From an uncultured Candidatus Saccharibacteria bacterium (GTDB taxonomy: Bacteria > Patescibacteriota > Minisyncoccia > Phycocordibacterales > UBA9973): a stretch of 64,000 nt of DNA. Shown piece by piece: positions 1 to 8,513 of the stretch; position 1 is the stretch's first letter; each line of letters opens with the position of its first letter. The notes beneath the pieces are model-generated. The model ran no database searches. It saw nothing but the letters and a program-made list of their open reading frames with translations, and was not told where the DNA came from. The stretch spans positions 14,625 to 78,624 of the forward strand of contig CAZQAW010000001.1 in the NCBI GenBank assembly GCA_964591445.1, read 5' to 3'. Made by a program: the position numbers and the translations under genes.

Positions 1-1604
1 GAAAAAGATTGCCCATATGTTTGAGATTGGTATTGGTTGTCGTCTTTGCCAGCTGTCACTTGGAGTATGCCATTTACTTTGTCTCCTTTTGCAAAATTAC
101 CTTTTGGATTGTTGTCTACTCCGACATACAAAGTAAGACTATCATCTATAAATGAAATGTTATCAGAAAATGCGCCGGCGACGTTGCCATAGGTTGTGAC
201 TCCATCTTCCGGACAGCCAGTGTAGTCAACAGTATACGAAACAGTCTGTGTTCCACCCGGTACTATATGAGCGATGTCGCCAGAAACCGTATCCCATGTA
301 ATCGTATTTCCAGAAAGCAAACCTCCACCAAGCGGCGTAATGCGCGATGCCGGAGTACCAACACCACAAACGTTCTGCAAGTTTGTCATGATGTTGGTGA
401 GATTGTCGGTAATCGTCGGATTGAAAATAGTTTCGCGGCCAGTTCCGACAAAGCTGTTTGAAAGTGTGACAGTGTACGTAACGATCGGCGTATATCCGGC
501 AGCATTTACGACATAATGTTTATCGCCAATAAGCGCTGTTCCGGAAACATTCTTTTCAATAGTTGGGTCTGGTGTCGAAGTGATCTGCGTTATGTATTGC
601 TGCACGCCGGCTGTAAATGGATCGAGATCTGACACAGTCGCATTGCCGCGAAGCGAATCTATATGTGCGGAGAAATTAAATTGCATTCCAGATTGCCAAC
701 CGTTGGTTGTTTGGAGCTGCATGTTCAAAGTTCCAGACTGACCGGCCGCGACATTGCCCAAAGACCAATACACGCTTCCCGCCGGAACAGTGATGCCGTT
801 GACTGCAATCGAGCTTGCGGTGTATTGCCCGCCGTTTGACGCAGAGAGAAATGTGAGCGCCGGATTTTGGTTGTACAAATTGTTGTAGTTGTTGATGCCG
901 CTTGCCATGGTTGGAACCGGGATCCACACAACAGTGTTCACATCGTCGACATATGAGATGGAGTAGTTCACATCAACGCCCAAGTTCGCACCAGCAGGAA
1001 CTGATGCCGGAGTTGTCATTGTGATCAAATACCCTGGAAGCGGATTCCATGTCACACGCAAACTGTTGATTGTCGGCGGAGTAACGCCGTTTGTCATGTC
1101 GACGCGGACTTTAATACATGGATACGTCGTTGCAGAAAGCGAACCAATGTTGTACATGCCGCCCGCAAGTGTGAGATTTTGAAATCCAGAAATCGGAGTG
1201 AGATCGCATTCGTACAAACTTACCACGACGTCTGTCGCACCAGAATAGTTTGCATCAAGTTCGACAGTATTCCATTTCGTAAAAGAGTTTGGGCGAATAT
1301 CTGCCGTTGTAAAATAACCAGTCGTTTTGCCGGCCGCGACTTTTGCAACGCCGACGATCGTGTCGATCTCGGTATCTTGGCGGCCAGGATCGCCTTCGGC
1401 AACCACACCTTGCTGGTCATTGTTGAAGTCGACAAGGAAATATCCGCTGTTGTCGTTTTGCACATATGAACCAAGCGCGGTCAACGCTCCTGTAATTTGA
1501 AAAAAGACGAACGCGATCAATACGCCGTTTTGAAGAATTTGTACACCTTGCCTTCCTGTGTTCGTATGAAAAAAGTTTCGAATACGTGAAAATAACGCGT
1601 TCAT
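1..1604 (-). CDS. Large secreted/surface protein with DUF11-like beta repeats (5' part; runs off the window start)
   Basis: Not in the ORF track. Read by hand from ATG at 1604 (MNALFSRIRNFF...), open to the window edge. N-terminal hydrophobic segment followed by Thr/Val/Gly/Asn-rich beta domains with 'IEKNV...VTYTVTLSN', 'ITWD' and 'VSYTV' motifs typical of DUF11/Ig-like repeats. Confidence 0.75.
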   Translation of the reverse strand, partial: MNALFSRIRNFFHTNTGRQGVQILQNGVLIAFVFFQITGALTALGSYVQNDNSGYFLVDFNNDQQGVVAEGDPGRQDTEIDTIVGVAKVAAGKTTGYFTTADIRPNSFTKWNTVELDANYSGATDVVVSLYECDLTPISGFQNLTLAGGMYNIGSLSATTYPCIKVRVDMTNGVTPPTINSLRVTWNPLPGYLITMTTPASVPAGANLGVDVNYSISYVDDVNTVVWIPVPTMASGINNYNNLYNQNPALTFLSASNGGQYTASSIAVNGITVPAGSVYWSLGNVAAGQSGTLNMQLQTTNGWQSGMQFNFSAHIDSLRGNATVSDLDPFTAGVQQYITQITSTPDPTIEKNVSGTALIGDKHYVVNAAGYTPIVTYTVTLSNSFVGTGRETIFNPTITDNLTNIMTNLQNVCGVGTPASRITPLGGGLLSGNTITWDTVSGDIAHIVPGGTQTVSYTVDYTGCPEDGVTTYGNVAGAFSDNISFIDDSLTLYVGVDNNPKGNFAKGDKVNGILQVTAGKDDNQYQSQTYGQSF

Positions 1605-1706
1605 AGATAAAGCCAAACCGCTTAAATGCTAAGCTCCGCACAAAGAAATTCTTAGCTTTATTATACCCCGTTTCCCCGCCTACCTGAAAGGAAATGTGTG
1701 GATAAG

Positions 1707-1741
1707 AAAAGCCCCCTATTCGAAATAAATCGAGGGGGCTT
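1707..1741. terminator. Intrinsic terminator-like hairpin
   Basis: aagccccct...agggggctt inverted repeat downstream of ORF 1762-2193 (minus), with a T-tract on the minus strand. Confidence 0.55.
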
Positions 1742-1761
1742 AGAGTATCATAGACACTATT

Positions 1762-2193
1762 TTACAGGCTAAAAATTATGGTTTCGGACTTAAATTTATT
1801 AGGAAATAAAATATGTTTTCGAAACATCGTTCTAGAAAGAACTTTTTCATCATAACTAGCCACTTCTACTAAAAATCCATTATCGAATTTTTTTTCTTTT
1901 ACAAAAATAAATTTTTGATTTTTAAATAAACCCTTACTTTTTATTTCTTCAATTGTAAAGATATAACCAATGTCTTTAAGAAGAAACATTCCGATTAAAC
2001 CTAAGACAAAAGAGCTGGTGAATAGGCCGGCTGCATACAAAACCTGCTGCTCGTTTATTATAAATTTATTTGATGGATAAATAAAATAATACAAAGTAAG
2101 TAACAGTGCTGCGCAACAAAAACAAAAAAGTTGTCCCATAAGAAAATTAGCAATTTTTCTCTTTTTTTCGAATTTCTGATATTGAGTTGTCAT
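1762..2193 (-). CDS. AT-rich orphan membrane protein (2 TM)
   Basis: 143-aa ORF with two hydrophobic helices. It has its own TTGACA-17-TATTAT promoter upstream. Confidence 0.65.
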   Translation of the reverse strand: MTTQYQKFEKKRKIANFLMGQLFCFCCAALLLTLYYFIYPSNKFIINEQQVLYAAGLFTSSFVLGLIGMFLLKDIGYIFTIEEIKSKGLFKNQKFIFVKEKKFDNGFLVEVASYDEKVLSRTMFRKHILFPNKFKSETIIFSL

Positions 2194-2232
2194 AATTAAT
2201 TGTTTTTTGAGTTTAGAAAATTATTTACAGTT

Positions 2233-2261
2233 ATAATATTAAAAAATATTGACAATGTCAA
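2233..2261 (-). promoter_or_regulatory. sigma70 promoter TTGACA-17-TATTAT
   Basis: Minus-strand -35 at 2256-2261 and -10 at 2233-2238. The -35 is part of a TTGACAATGTCAA palindrome. Confidence 0.6.
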
Positions 2262-2293
2262 CTATGGGTGCTTTTATATAAAATTTACTTCTG

Positions 2294-2365
2294 TGCCCTC
2301 GGTACGAATCGAACGTACATCTATTCCTTAGGACGGAACTGTTCTATCCATTGAACTACGAGGGC
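2294..2365 (-). tRNA. tRNA-Arg(CCT)
   Basis: GCCCTCG acceptor stem, TAGTTCAATGGATAGAAC D-arm, anticodon loop GT-CCT-AA and GTTCGATTC T-loop. No encoded CCA. Confidence 0.92.
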
Positions 2366-2397
2366 GTTTGGTAACTTTAGCACGCTTGGTACGAAGC

Positions 2398-2478
2398 CAA
2401 AAGCCCCAGAAAAAGATTTTGAAAATGGTCTGGCGATTTTACCCGAGGACCTTTTCGAAACTTTTTCTGGGGCTTTTG
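2398..2478. repeat. Long intergenic hairpin with perfect 18-bp arms (MITE/REP-like)
   Basis: caaaagccccagaaaaag (2398-2415) and ctttttctggggcttttg (2461-2478) are exact reverse complements. Imperfect pairing continues inside. Confidence 0.8.
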
Positions 2479-2485
2479 TGTAAGT

Positions 2486-2737
2486 CTATATCTTCACGTC
2501 TAAAAGTTCTGCTATTTTTGGTTTGTTGAATCCAACAATCAAATTGTTTCCGATTGTAATTACCGGCACGCCCATCTGTCCGCTGATGTCGATCATCTCT
2601 TCGCGCTTTGCTTGGTCGGCGGCAACGTTAAATTCTTCATACGCAATATTGTGTTCTTGAAAAAATGCTTTTGCCATGCGGCAGTACGTGCACACCGGCG
2701 TCGTATAAATAGCTACCTTTTTTGCGTCATCTTGCAT
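2486..2737 (-). CDS. Glutaredoxin / NrdH-like redoxin
   Basis: 'IYTTPVCTYC' CxxC and 'SGQMGVPVI' motifs. Confidence 0.9.
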   Translation of the reverse strand: MQDDAKKVAIYTTPVCTYCRMAKAFFQEHNIAYEEFNVAADQAKREEMIDISGQMGVPVITIGNNLIVGFNKPKIAELLDVKI

Positions 2738-2787
2738 AAAATAAATATATTACTTGTATGTGTATAGTATAGCACAGCCGTCAAGCG

Positions 2788-3180
2788 TTATTCTGCTTCC
2801 CTCTTACCAAAAAGCTTTTTGAAGAAGTTTGTCAAACTGCTCTTGCCTTTTTCTTCGCCTGTTTTTGCTTCTGGAGTTTCGTCGACAACCACCACAACAC
2901 CTTCGCCTTTTTTCACTACGCCAAATTTCTCGCGGATTACCTGCTCGGTGCCGCGGTCAGTCTCGAGCTCTTTCATGTCGGCTTCCAAGTGCGCTTGCTG
3001 GTCGAGCAGTTTTGCGTTTTCAACTTGCGCACGAACTTTGTTCTCTTTTGTTTCGCTATTTTTACGAATCAAGCCCAAAATATTGTACACAAAAAACAAA
3101 AGAAGAAGCGCCAATATGAGGAGCGCCGGCGTCGTATGGATAAGTCTTCGTTTTGGTTGTGGCTTTTGGAATTCTCGCAT
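2788..3180 (-). CDS. Septum formation initiator (FtsB/DivIC family)
   Basis: TM helix, coiled coil and 'EQVIREKFGVVKKGE' motif. Confidence 0.8.
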   Translation of the reverse strand: MREFQKPQPKRRLIHTTPALLILALLLLFFVYNILGLIRKNSETKENKVRAQVENAKLLDQQAHLEADMKELETDRGTEQVIREKFGVVKKGEGVVVVVDETPEAKTGEEKGKSSLTNFFKKLFGKREAE

Positions 3181-3223
3181 AATCGTGGTACTATGGGTGC
3201 ACTACCAATAGTATACAACATAT

Positions 3224-3334
3224 ATGTTTCTCAACCCTAAACACAAAAACAAAGTCAAAATCGTCTGGGCGGTCATCTCCGTCCTCATCATGATTTCTAT
3301 GGTACTTCTCTATATGCCGGGGCTGTTTCAGTAA
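3224..3334 (+). CDS. 36-aa single-TM small protein
   Basis: Not in the ORF track. MFLNPKHKNKVKIVWAVISVLIMISMVLLYMPGLFQ*: basic N-terminus plus a TM helix, filling the gap between the ftsB-like gene and doc. Confidence 0.65.
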   Translation: MFLNPKHKNKVKIVWAVISVLIMISMVLLYMPGLFQ

Positions 3335-3337
3335 TAC

Positions 3338-3751
3338 CTAGCGACCAAATAATATCACACGTACTAATCCAAAAAGTTGGTCATTATCAAGATCTTTGGT
3401 TTTTTCTACAGACACAGCAAGAACATCAAGAGAGATGTGTTTTGTGCTTATGACAAGCCCGTATATTTCACAAAAAATTTGAAGCCATAGAACTGCCATT
3501 CGCTTATTCCCATCCACAAACGGGTGATCTTTTATAATGAGACAGAAAAATGCTGCCGCTTGTTTTTCTAAAGTAGGAAATCGAGAAAAGCCAAAATAGT
3601 TTGCGTATACTGTTTTAACTATCACGTCTATTTTATCGGCGTGCTCATCTTGCAACTCAAAAAATACTTCCCCTCTTTGCAGAAGAAGATTATAAGCTTC
3701 GCACAATATTTTTGAGGCTGGCTGGAGTGATTGTTTTTTCTCCTCGGTCAT
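3338..3751 (-). CDS. Fic/Doc family toxin
   Basis: HPFVDGNKR Fic/Doc motif in a 137-aa ORF. Confidence 0.88.
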   Translation of the reverse strand: MTEEKKQSLQPASKILCEAYNLLLQRGEVFFELQDEHADKIDVIVKTVYANYFGFSRFPTLEKQAAAFFCLIIKDHPFVDGNKRMAVLWLQIFCEIYGLVISTKHISLDVLAVSVEKTKDLDNDQLFGLVRVILFGR

Positions 3752-3869
3752 ATTTTCTTAAAGATTCAATTTCTTTTTCTCTTGTTTTATAGGCAGCAGA
3801 AATAACATCCGGGGAGACATTCGGAAGTTTGTCATTGTTTTTATTGAAAAAAGCAAGGATTTTCTTCAT
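3690..3869 (-). CDS. Putative antitoxin of the Doc toxin (59 aa)
   Basis: Not in the ORF track. MKKILAFFNKNNDKLPNVSPDVISAAYKTREKEIESLRKYDRGEKTITPASLKNIVRSL*. TATAAT lies 8 nt upstream of the ATG, and the ORF overlaps the toxin start. Confidence 0.55.
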   Translation of the reverse strand: MKKILAFFNKNNDKLPNVSPDVISAAYKTREKEIESLRKYDRGEKTITPASLKNIVRSL

Positions 3870-3915
3870 ATATACTCATTATACCAGTTATATTACAACC
3901 AAACAACCTAGACAT

Positions 3916-5733
3916 TTAATCCCCGCTCCGCATCATCTTCAAGAAAACTTCTTGTGGAATGTTTACGTTGCCGCGGCCGCGCTCTTTCATGCGCTCTTTT
4001 CCTTTTTTCTGCTTTTCAAGCAATTTCTTTTTTCGAGAAATATCTCCACCTCCCACAACTTTAGAGCCGTGCATCAACACATCTTTTCGAAATGCAGAAA
4101 GTGTTCGAGAAGAAAGGATTCTTCCGGAAGCAAACCCTTGGATTTTTGTAGAGAATTGTTGTCGTGGCAAAATGCTGTGAAGTTTTTCGACAGCTTGTTC
4201 AGCTTCATCGTAAGCTTTTCGTTTTGAAACAACGCGCGTAAACGCAGCCACGATTTCATCTGCAACCAAAATATCAAGACGAGTTACGTCGGCTTTTCTT
4301 AGTTCGCCAATGTTATACGAAATAGACGCAAAGCCGGACGTCGCGCTTTTCAATTCATCAAAAAAGTTGCGCATCATTTCGCGTAACGGCATACGGATTT
4401 CCATTTCGCTTCGGTCGTCTCCAAAGTTTTCAGTCTTACCAACTTCCGCTTCATGATCAAAAAGCATTTGCATGACATTGCCCAAATACGCAACCGGCGT
4501 GATAAGCGTAATGTTTACCCAAGGTTCTTCGATGCCGATTATTTCTCCATCGTTTGGAAACAAGTGCGGAGAATAAATCGTTTCGCGTTTTCCATTTTTT
4601 AAAGTCACGTAGTACGTGATCGACGGACTTGTTACCACAAGCTCCAAATCAAATTCACGTTTCAATCGTTCGGTAATAATTTCCAAATGAAGCATTCCCA
4701 GAAATCCGCATCGATATCCGCGACCAAGCGCGCCCGAAGTTTCTTCTTCAAATGAAAAAGCAGAATCAGAAAGTTTAAGTCGTCCAAGCGCCATGCGAAG
4801 CTGGTTGAAGTCATCTTGCGATTCCGGATAGACAGACGCCCACACCACCGGTTGCGGATTCAAATATCCAGGAAACGCCGGCAATGGATTTTTAAGAAGC
4901 GTGATAGTATCTCCCACAGAAGCGATACCCGGCTTTTTAATTCCAGTTACGATGTAACCAATACTTCCCGCAGTCAATTTTTCTTTCGCGTCTTCTTCCG
5001 GAGAAAATGTTCCGACTTCAAGCGAAATAAATTTTTCATCTGCGATTTTAAAAAGCATATTCTCGCCTTTTCGTGCCGCGCCGTCAAGCACGCGCACGTA
5101 CACAATCACACCTTTGTGGTCAGAATATTTAAAATCAAACACGAGCGCTCGCAAATCATTTCCACCAGAAAATTCCATAGTTGGTGGTGGCACGCGACGG
5201 ATCACTTCGTGTAAAAGTTCTTCCACGCCTTGCCCCGTTTTTCCAGACACTTCCAAGATATCATCCAAATCGCAATCAAGTAGTTTTGCAACTTCAAACT
5301 TTACTTCATCGATTCGCGCCAAAGGCGAATCAACTTTTGAAAGAACTGGGATAATTTTCAAACCAGATTCGCGTGCCATGCTGAGCGTCGTCAAAGTTTG
5401 CGCTTGCACACCTTGCGTACAGTCGACAAGCAAAATAGAACCTTCGACAGCTTTCAATGCTCGAGAAACTTCGTACGAAAAGTCGATATGGCCCGGAGTA
5501 TCGATCAAGTTGAGCTCAAAAGTTTCCCCTTCGTGCAGAAATTCCATTCGCACTGGCTGCATTTTGATAGTGATTCCCCGCTCGCGTTCAAGCTCCATGG
5601 AGTCAAGCACCTGGTCCTTCATCTTTCGCTTTTCGATTGTGTGTGTAACTTCAAGCATTCGGTCAGCCAAAGTAGACTTCCCGTGGTCAATGTGGGCAAT
5701 AATGCTAAAGTTGCGGATATGTCGTAGTTCCAT
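3916..5733 (-). CDS. lepA: Elongation factor 4
   Basis: 'IRNFSIIAHIDHGKSTLADR', 'ERERGITIK' and 'GFLGMLHLEI' motifs. Start moved to ATG 5733. Confidence 0.97.
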   Translation of the reverse strand: MELRHIRNFSIIAHIDHGKSTLADRMLEVTHTIEKRKMKDQVLDSMELERERGITIKMQPVRMEFLHEGETFELNLIDTPGHIDFSYEVSRALKAVEGSILLVDCTQGVQAQTLTTLSMARESGLKIIPVLSKVDSPLARIDEVKFEVAKLLDCDLDDILEVSGKTGQGVEELLHEVIRRVPPPTMEFSGGNDLRALVFDFKYSDHKGVIVYVRVLDGAARKGENMLFKIADEKFISLEVGTFSPEEDAKEKLTAGSIGYIVTGIKKPGIASVGDTITLLKNPLPAFPGYLNPQPVVWASVYPESQDDFNQLRMALGRLKLSDSAFSFEEETSGALGRGYRCGFLGMLHLEIITERLKREFDLELVVTSPSITYYVTLKNGKRETIYSPHLFPNDGEIIGIEEPWVNITLITPVAYLGNVMQMLFDHEAEVGKTENFGDDRSEMEIRMPLREMMRNFFDELKSATSGFASISYNIGELRKADVTRLDILVADEIVAAFTRVVSKRKAYDEAEQAVEKLHSILPRQQFSTKIQGFASGRILSSRTLSAFRKDVLMHGSKVVGGGDISRKKKLLEKQKKGKERMKERGRGNVNIPQEVFLKMMRSGD

Positions 5734-5780
5734 AAAGTACTTACACCATAGCACAAATCTGGCTTTATTTCATGCTTTGG

Positions 5781-5809
5781 TTGACAAGTATAGATAAGTC
5801 ATATACAAT
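5781..5809 (+). promoter_or_regulatory. sigma70 promoter TTGACA-17-TACAAT
   Basis: Near-consensus elements upstream of orphan 5834. Confidence 0.7.
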
Positions 5810-5833
5810 TTTTAAAAACTACAACTTAATACT

Positions 5834-6760
5834 ATGAAGATACTGTGCATCCTATTGCTTCTCACTCTGGGTGCAGAAGTATTCTCACAAGAGAGAAAGT
5901 ACATTTACAAAACATCTACAATCACTATTCCTTTAGGGCTTTATACTCGGCTTGAAATTTCTGCAATTACTAAAAAACCATCCATTTATTCTCCCCGATC
6001 TGACAGCAAAGAAACAACTCGAAAAAGTACTCTGACATACACTAAGACGCAAAAGCCAATTTTGTTAGACAGCCTCTCTCTATCTTCGGATTCCTTGTCT
6101 CTTGATTCTATCAATGTGCAAGATTCATTAGGACGTTATCCTAACAAACAAGAAGCAGACTCTGCACTTTTTCATTGGAAATCTGACTTACAGAAAATTG
6201 CTGAATGTATCGAAAGCAAAGTAGATTCTTTGTTAATTGCCGAAACTACGAAAGTTGATATACGAAGAACTATAGAGACAGTCGTACGCCAAGAATCACG
6301 AAATATTCTGTACGTTGGCAAAGACAGCGCGGTATGGCATTTCATGCAACGTTTTGAGAAATCTATCAAGGAAACATACTCAATAACTACTACAACCTCT
6401 CGGACTATTCAAATCATAACGCATGAGTGTGTCGAAATAGAAACAAAGAATAATCAAGACAGCACCCAAGAGATAATGCTCGCTCTGAAAGATAGTACTA
6501 TAGAAGATCCTATTCCAGAGAAAGAGAAGAAAGGTATATTTCGTAAAAAGGGTGTCAAAATTGCATTAGTAGTTGTCGCAGCACCAGTTGCTATCCCGGT
6601 GTTTATAGTGGGGTACCCTATCTATCTTCTTATCGATAAACTTTCAAACCGTTCCAGCAACAGATCATTCACCATTCAGTTCAAAATCAAGAAAGTTGGT
6701 AAAGTTAAAAGAAGTAAGGGCAAAAAACGTTATAAAAACCAGTGTTTTGACAAATTTTAA
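5834..6760 (+). CDS. Orphan secreted/membrane-anchored protein
   Basis: 308 aa with a signal peptide (MKILCILLLL...FSQ), Ser/Thr-rich body, C-terminal TM and basic tail. Confidence 0.65.
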   Translation: MKILCILLLLTLGAEVFSQERKYIYKTSTITIPLGLYTRLEISAITKKPSIYSPRSDSKETTRKSTLTYTKTQKPILLDSLSLSSDSLSLDSINVQDSLGRYPNKQEADSALFHWKSDLQKIAECIESKVDSLLIAETTKVDIRRTIETVVRQESRNILYVGKDSAVWHFMQRFEKSIKETYSITTTTSRTIQIITHECVEIETKNNQDSTQEIMLALKDSTIEDPIPEKEKKGIFRKKGVKIALVVVAAPVAIPVFIVGYPIYLLIDKLSNRSSNRSFTIQFKIKKVGKVKRSKGKKRYKNQCFDKF

Positions 6761-6787
6761 AAAGGAGTATGATATACTCCTTTTTTT
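6759..6787. terminator. Bidirectional terminator
   Basis: aaaaaggagtat-gat-atactccttttttt between convergent genes. Confidence 0.7.
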
Positions 6788-6791
6788 GTTT

Positions 6792-8486
6792 TTAGAGCTC
6801 CTTCTGCGACGGCACAATCACTTTTGCTTTCCAGAATTTGTGCTTGAATGCTTCTTGGACTTCTTTATATTCTTTGTTCTTCAAGAGCCACAGCACGAAG
6901 ATGCCGGCGAAGATTCCCAAAATGCCGGAGATAAATCCTTGCCCTAAAATTCCCCAAAATGTATTGATATCGAAAATATTGTCAAAGACGTCGAGGAATT
7001 TGTACGCGACAAAGCCCATAAAAAATGCTCCGGCAAAGACTTCGAAAAAGGTGCGGGTCAAACAATGTGAAAATTCTTTCAAAAAGTCGCGCTTGAAAAG
7101 GAACCACAAACCAAGGAAGTTGAGTATCGTACCGACGGAATATCCGAGCGGAAGCATGAGAAGCTCGGTGCCGGGCACGTCTTGCACACGGAAAAGCGAC
7201 TCCATAAAGTATCGGAAGAATTCGTGCGTGCGGAACAAATGAAGGAATAAAACTGCGAACCCGATTTCAAGTGCGGTGAAAACGAGGTTGACGACAAGCG
7301 GACGGCGCGTCTTGCCGGCAGCGTAATATCCGCGAACGAATAACACTATCAAACTTTGAGCCAACACCGAAAGTGCAAAGAGCGCAAGCGCCGCCGCGGT
7401 GAGCTTGGTATCATTCCACGAGAAAGCTCCGGAGCCCAAGATCACACGCACGATCTGCGCGCGAAGAACGATGAAAAGGAAAATAACCGGCAATGACCAG
7501 AAAATAATTTGTCTTGAAGCATCGATAATCTGTTTTTTAAAATTGTCTATTTGCCCGGAAGAAAAGGCGTGTGCGAGCATTGGAAACGCCGCGACCGAAT
7601 ACGAAACTCCGATGATGGATATCGGCACCGCTTGCAAATTGTAAGAGAAATTGAAAAGCGAAATGGAACCTTCGCGGATAGTCGAAGCAATGGACACGAT
7701 CGCCGCAATAGCAAAGCTGTTGAGCGAAAGTGCAAGCGTACGCGGAAGTGAAAGCATGAATACTTTTTTAATATGAGAGAAATCAATACGCTTGGTAAAT
7801 GTCGGAGTAAAATGATTGCGAATCAACACTGGAATTTGTATGCACATATGAAGGAGTGCGCCGACTGCAACTCCATATGCCAAGCCAAAAATCCCAAACT
7901 GCGGATACAAAAATACTATTCCAAAAATAATGCCGAGGTTGTAACACACCGGCGCAAGAGCATAGACGAAATATCTTTTGTGAATTTGTGTAATCGTACC
8001 GAATAGATTTGAAAAACCAAGGAGTATCGGAGACAAAAGCATGATGCGGCTCATGCTTATAAGAGACGCTTTATCTGCTGCCGCAAAACCTGGCGCAACG
8101 TACTTTACCAAATGCGGCATAAGAATAAATACAACGAGCGCAACGAAAGTTATGAAGAAGAAAAATGAAGTGAAGATTTCGTTAAAGAAATGTCGCGCAT
8201 GCCCACCGCCTTGTCCGCTGTCGTCTTTGTTCAACTTGTCGATAAAAAATGGAATGAGCACTGTCACCGCAACAAGCGACGCAACAGAATTGAAAATCAA
8301 ATCTGGAATTCGAAACGCGGCATAGTACACATCAAGCGATGCAGACGGCCCGACGAAGTGCGCCAAAGCTCTGTCGCGGAAAAGCCCGAGAACTTGCGAA
8401 AGTAAAGCAAACCCGCCTAGAAGAATGGCGGCCTCGTTGATGCCGCCAAACTCCTTATTGAAGATGGAAAGAAGACGCTTTACCAT
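6792..8486 (-). CDS. murJ: Lipid II flippase MurJ/MviN
   Basis: 'SQVLGLFRDR', 'DVYYAAFRIPD' and 'RGYYA...TRRP' motifs; many TM helices. Confidence 0.92.
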   Translation of the reverse strand: MVKRLLSIFNKEFGGINEAAILLGGFALLSQVLGLFRDRALAHFVGPSASLDVYYAAFRIPDLIFNSVASLVAVTVLIPFFIDKLNKDDSGQGGGHARHFFNEIFTSFFFFITFVALVVFILMPHLVKYVAPGFAAADKASLISMSRIMLLSPILLGFSNLFGTITQIHKRYFVYALAPVCYNLGIIFGIVFLYPQFGIFGLAYGVAVGALLHMCIQIPVLIRNHFTPTFTKRIDFSHIKKVFMLSLPRTLALSLNSFAIAAIVSIASTIREGSISLFNFSYNLQAVPISIIGVSYSVAAFPMLAHAFSSGQIDNFKKQIIDASRQIIFWSLPVIFLFIVLRAQIVRVILGSGAFSWNDTKLTAAALALFALSVLAQSLIVLFVRGYYAAGKTRRPLVVNLVFTALEIGFAVLFLHLFRTHEFFRYFMESLFRVQDVPGTELLMLPLGYSVGTILNFLGLWFLFKRDFLKEFSHCLTRTFFEVFAGAFFMGFVAYKFLDVFDNIFDINTFWGILGQGFISGILGIFAGIFVLWLLKNKEYKEVQEAFKHKFWKAKVIVPSQKEL

Positions 8487-8513
8487 AAATACATAGAAAG
8501 TATAACGCTCTTT

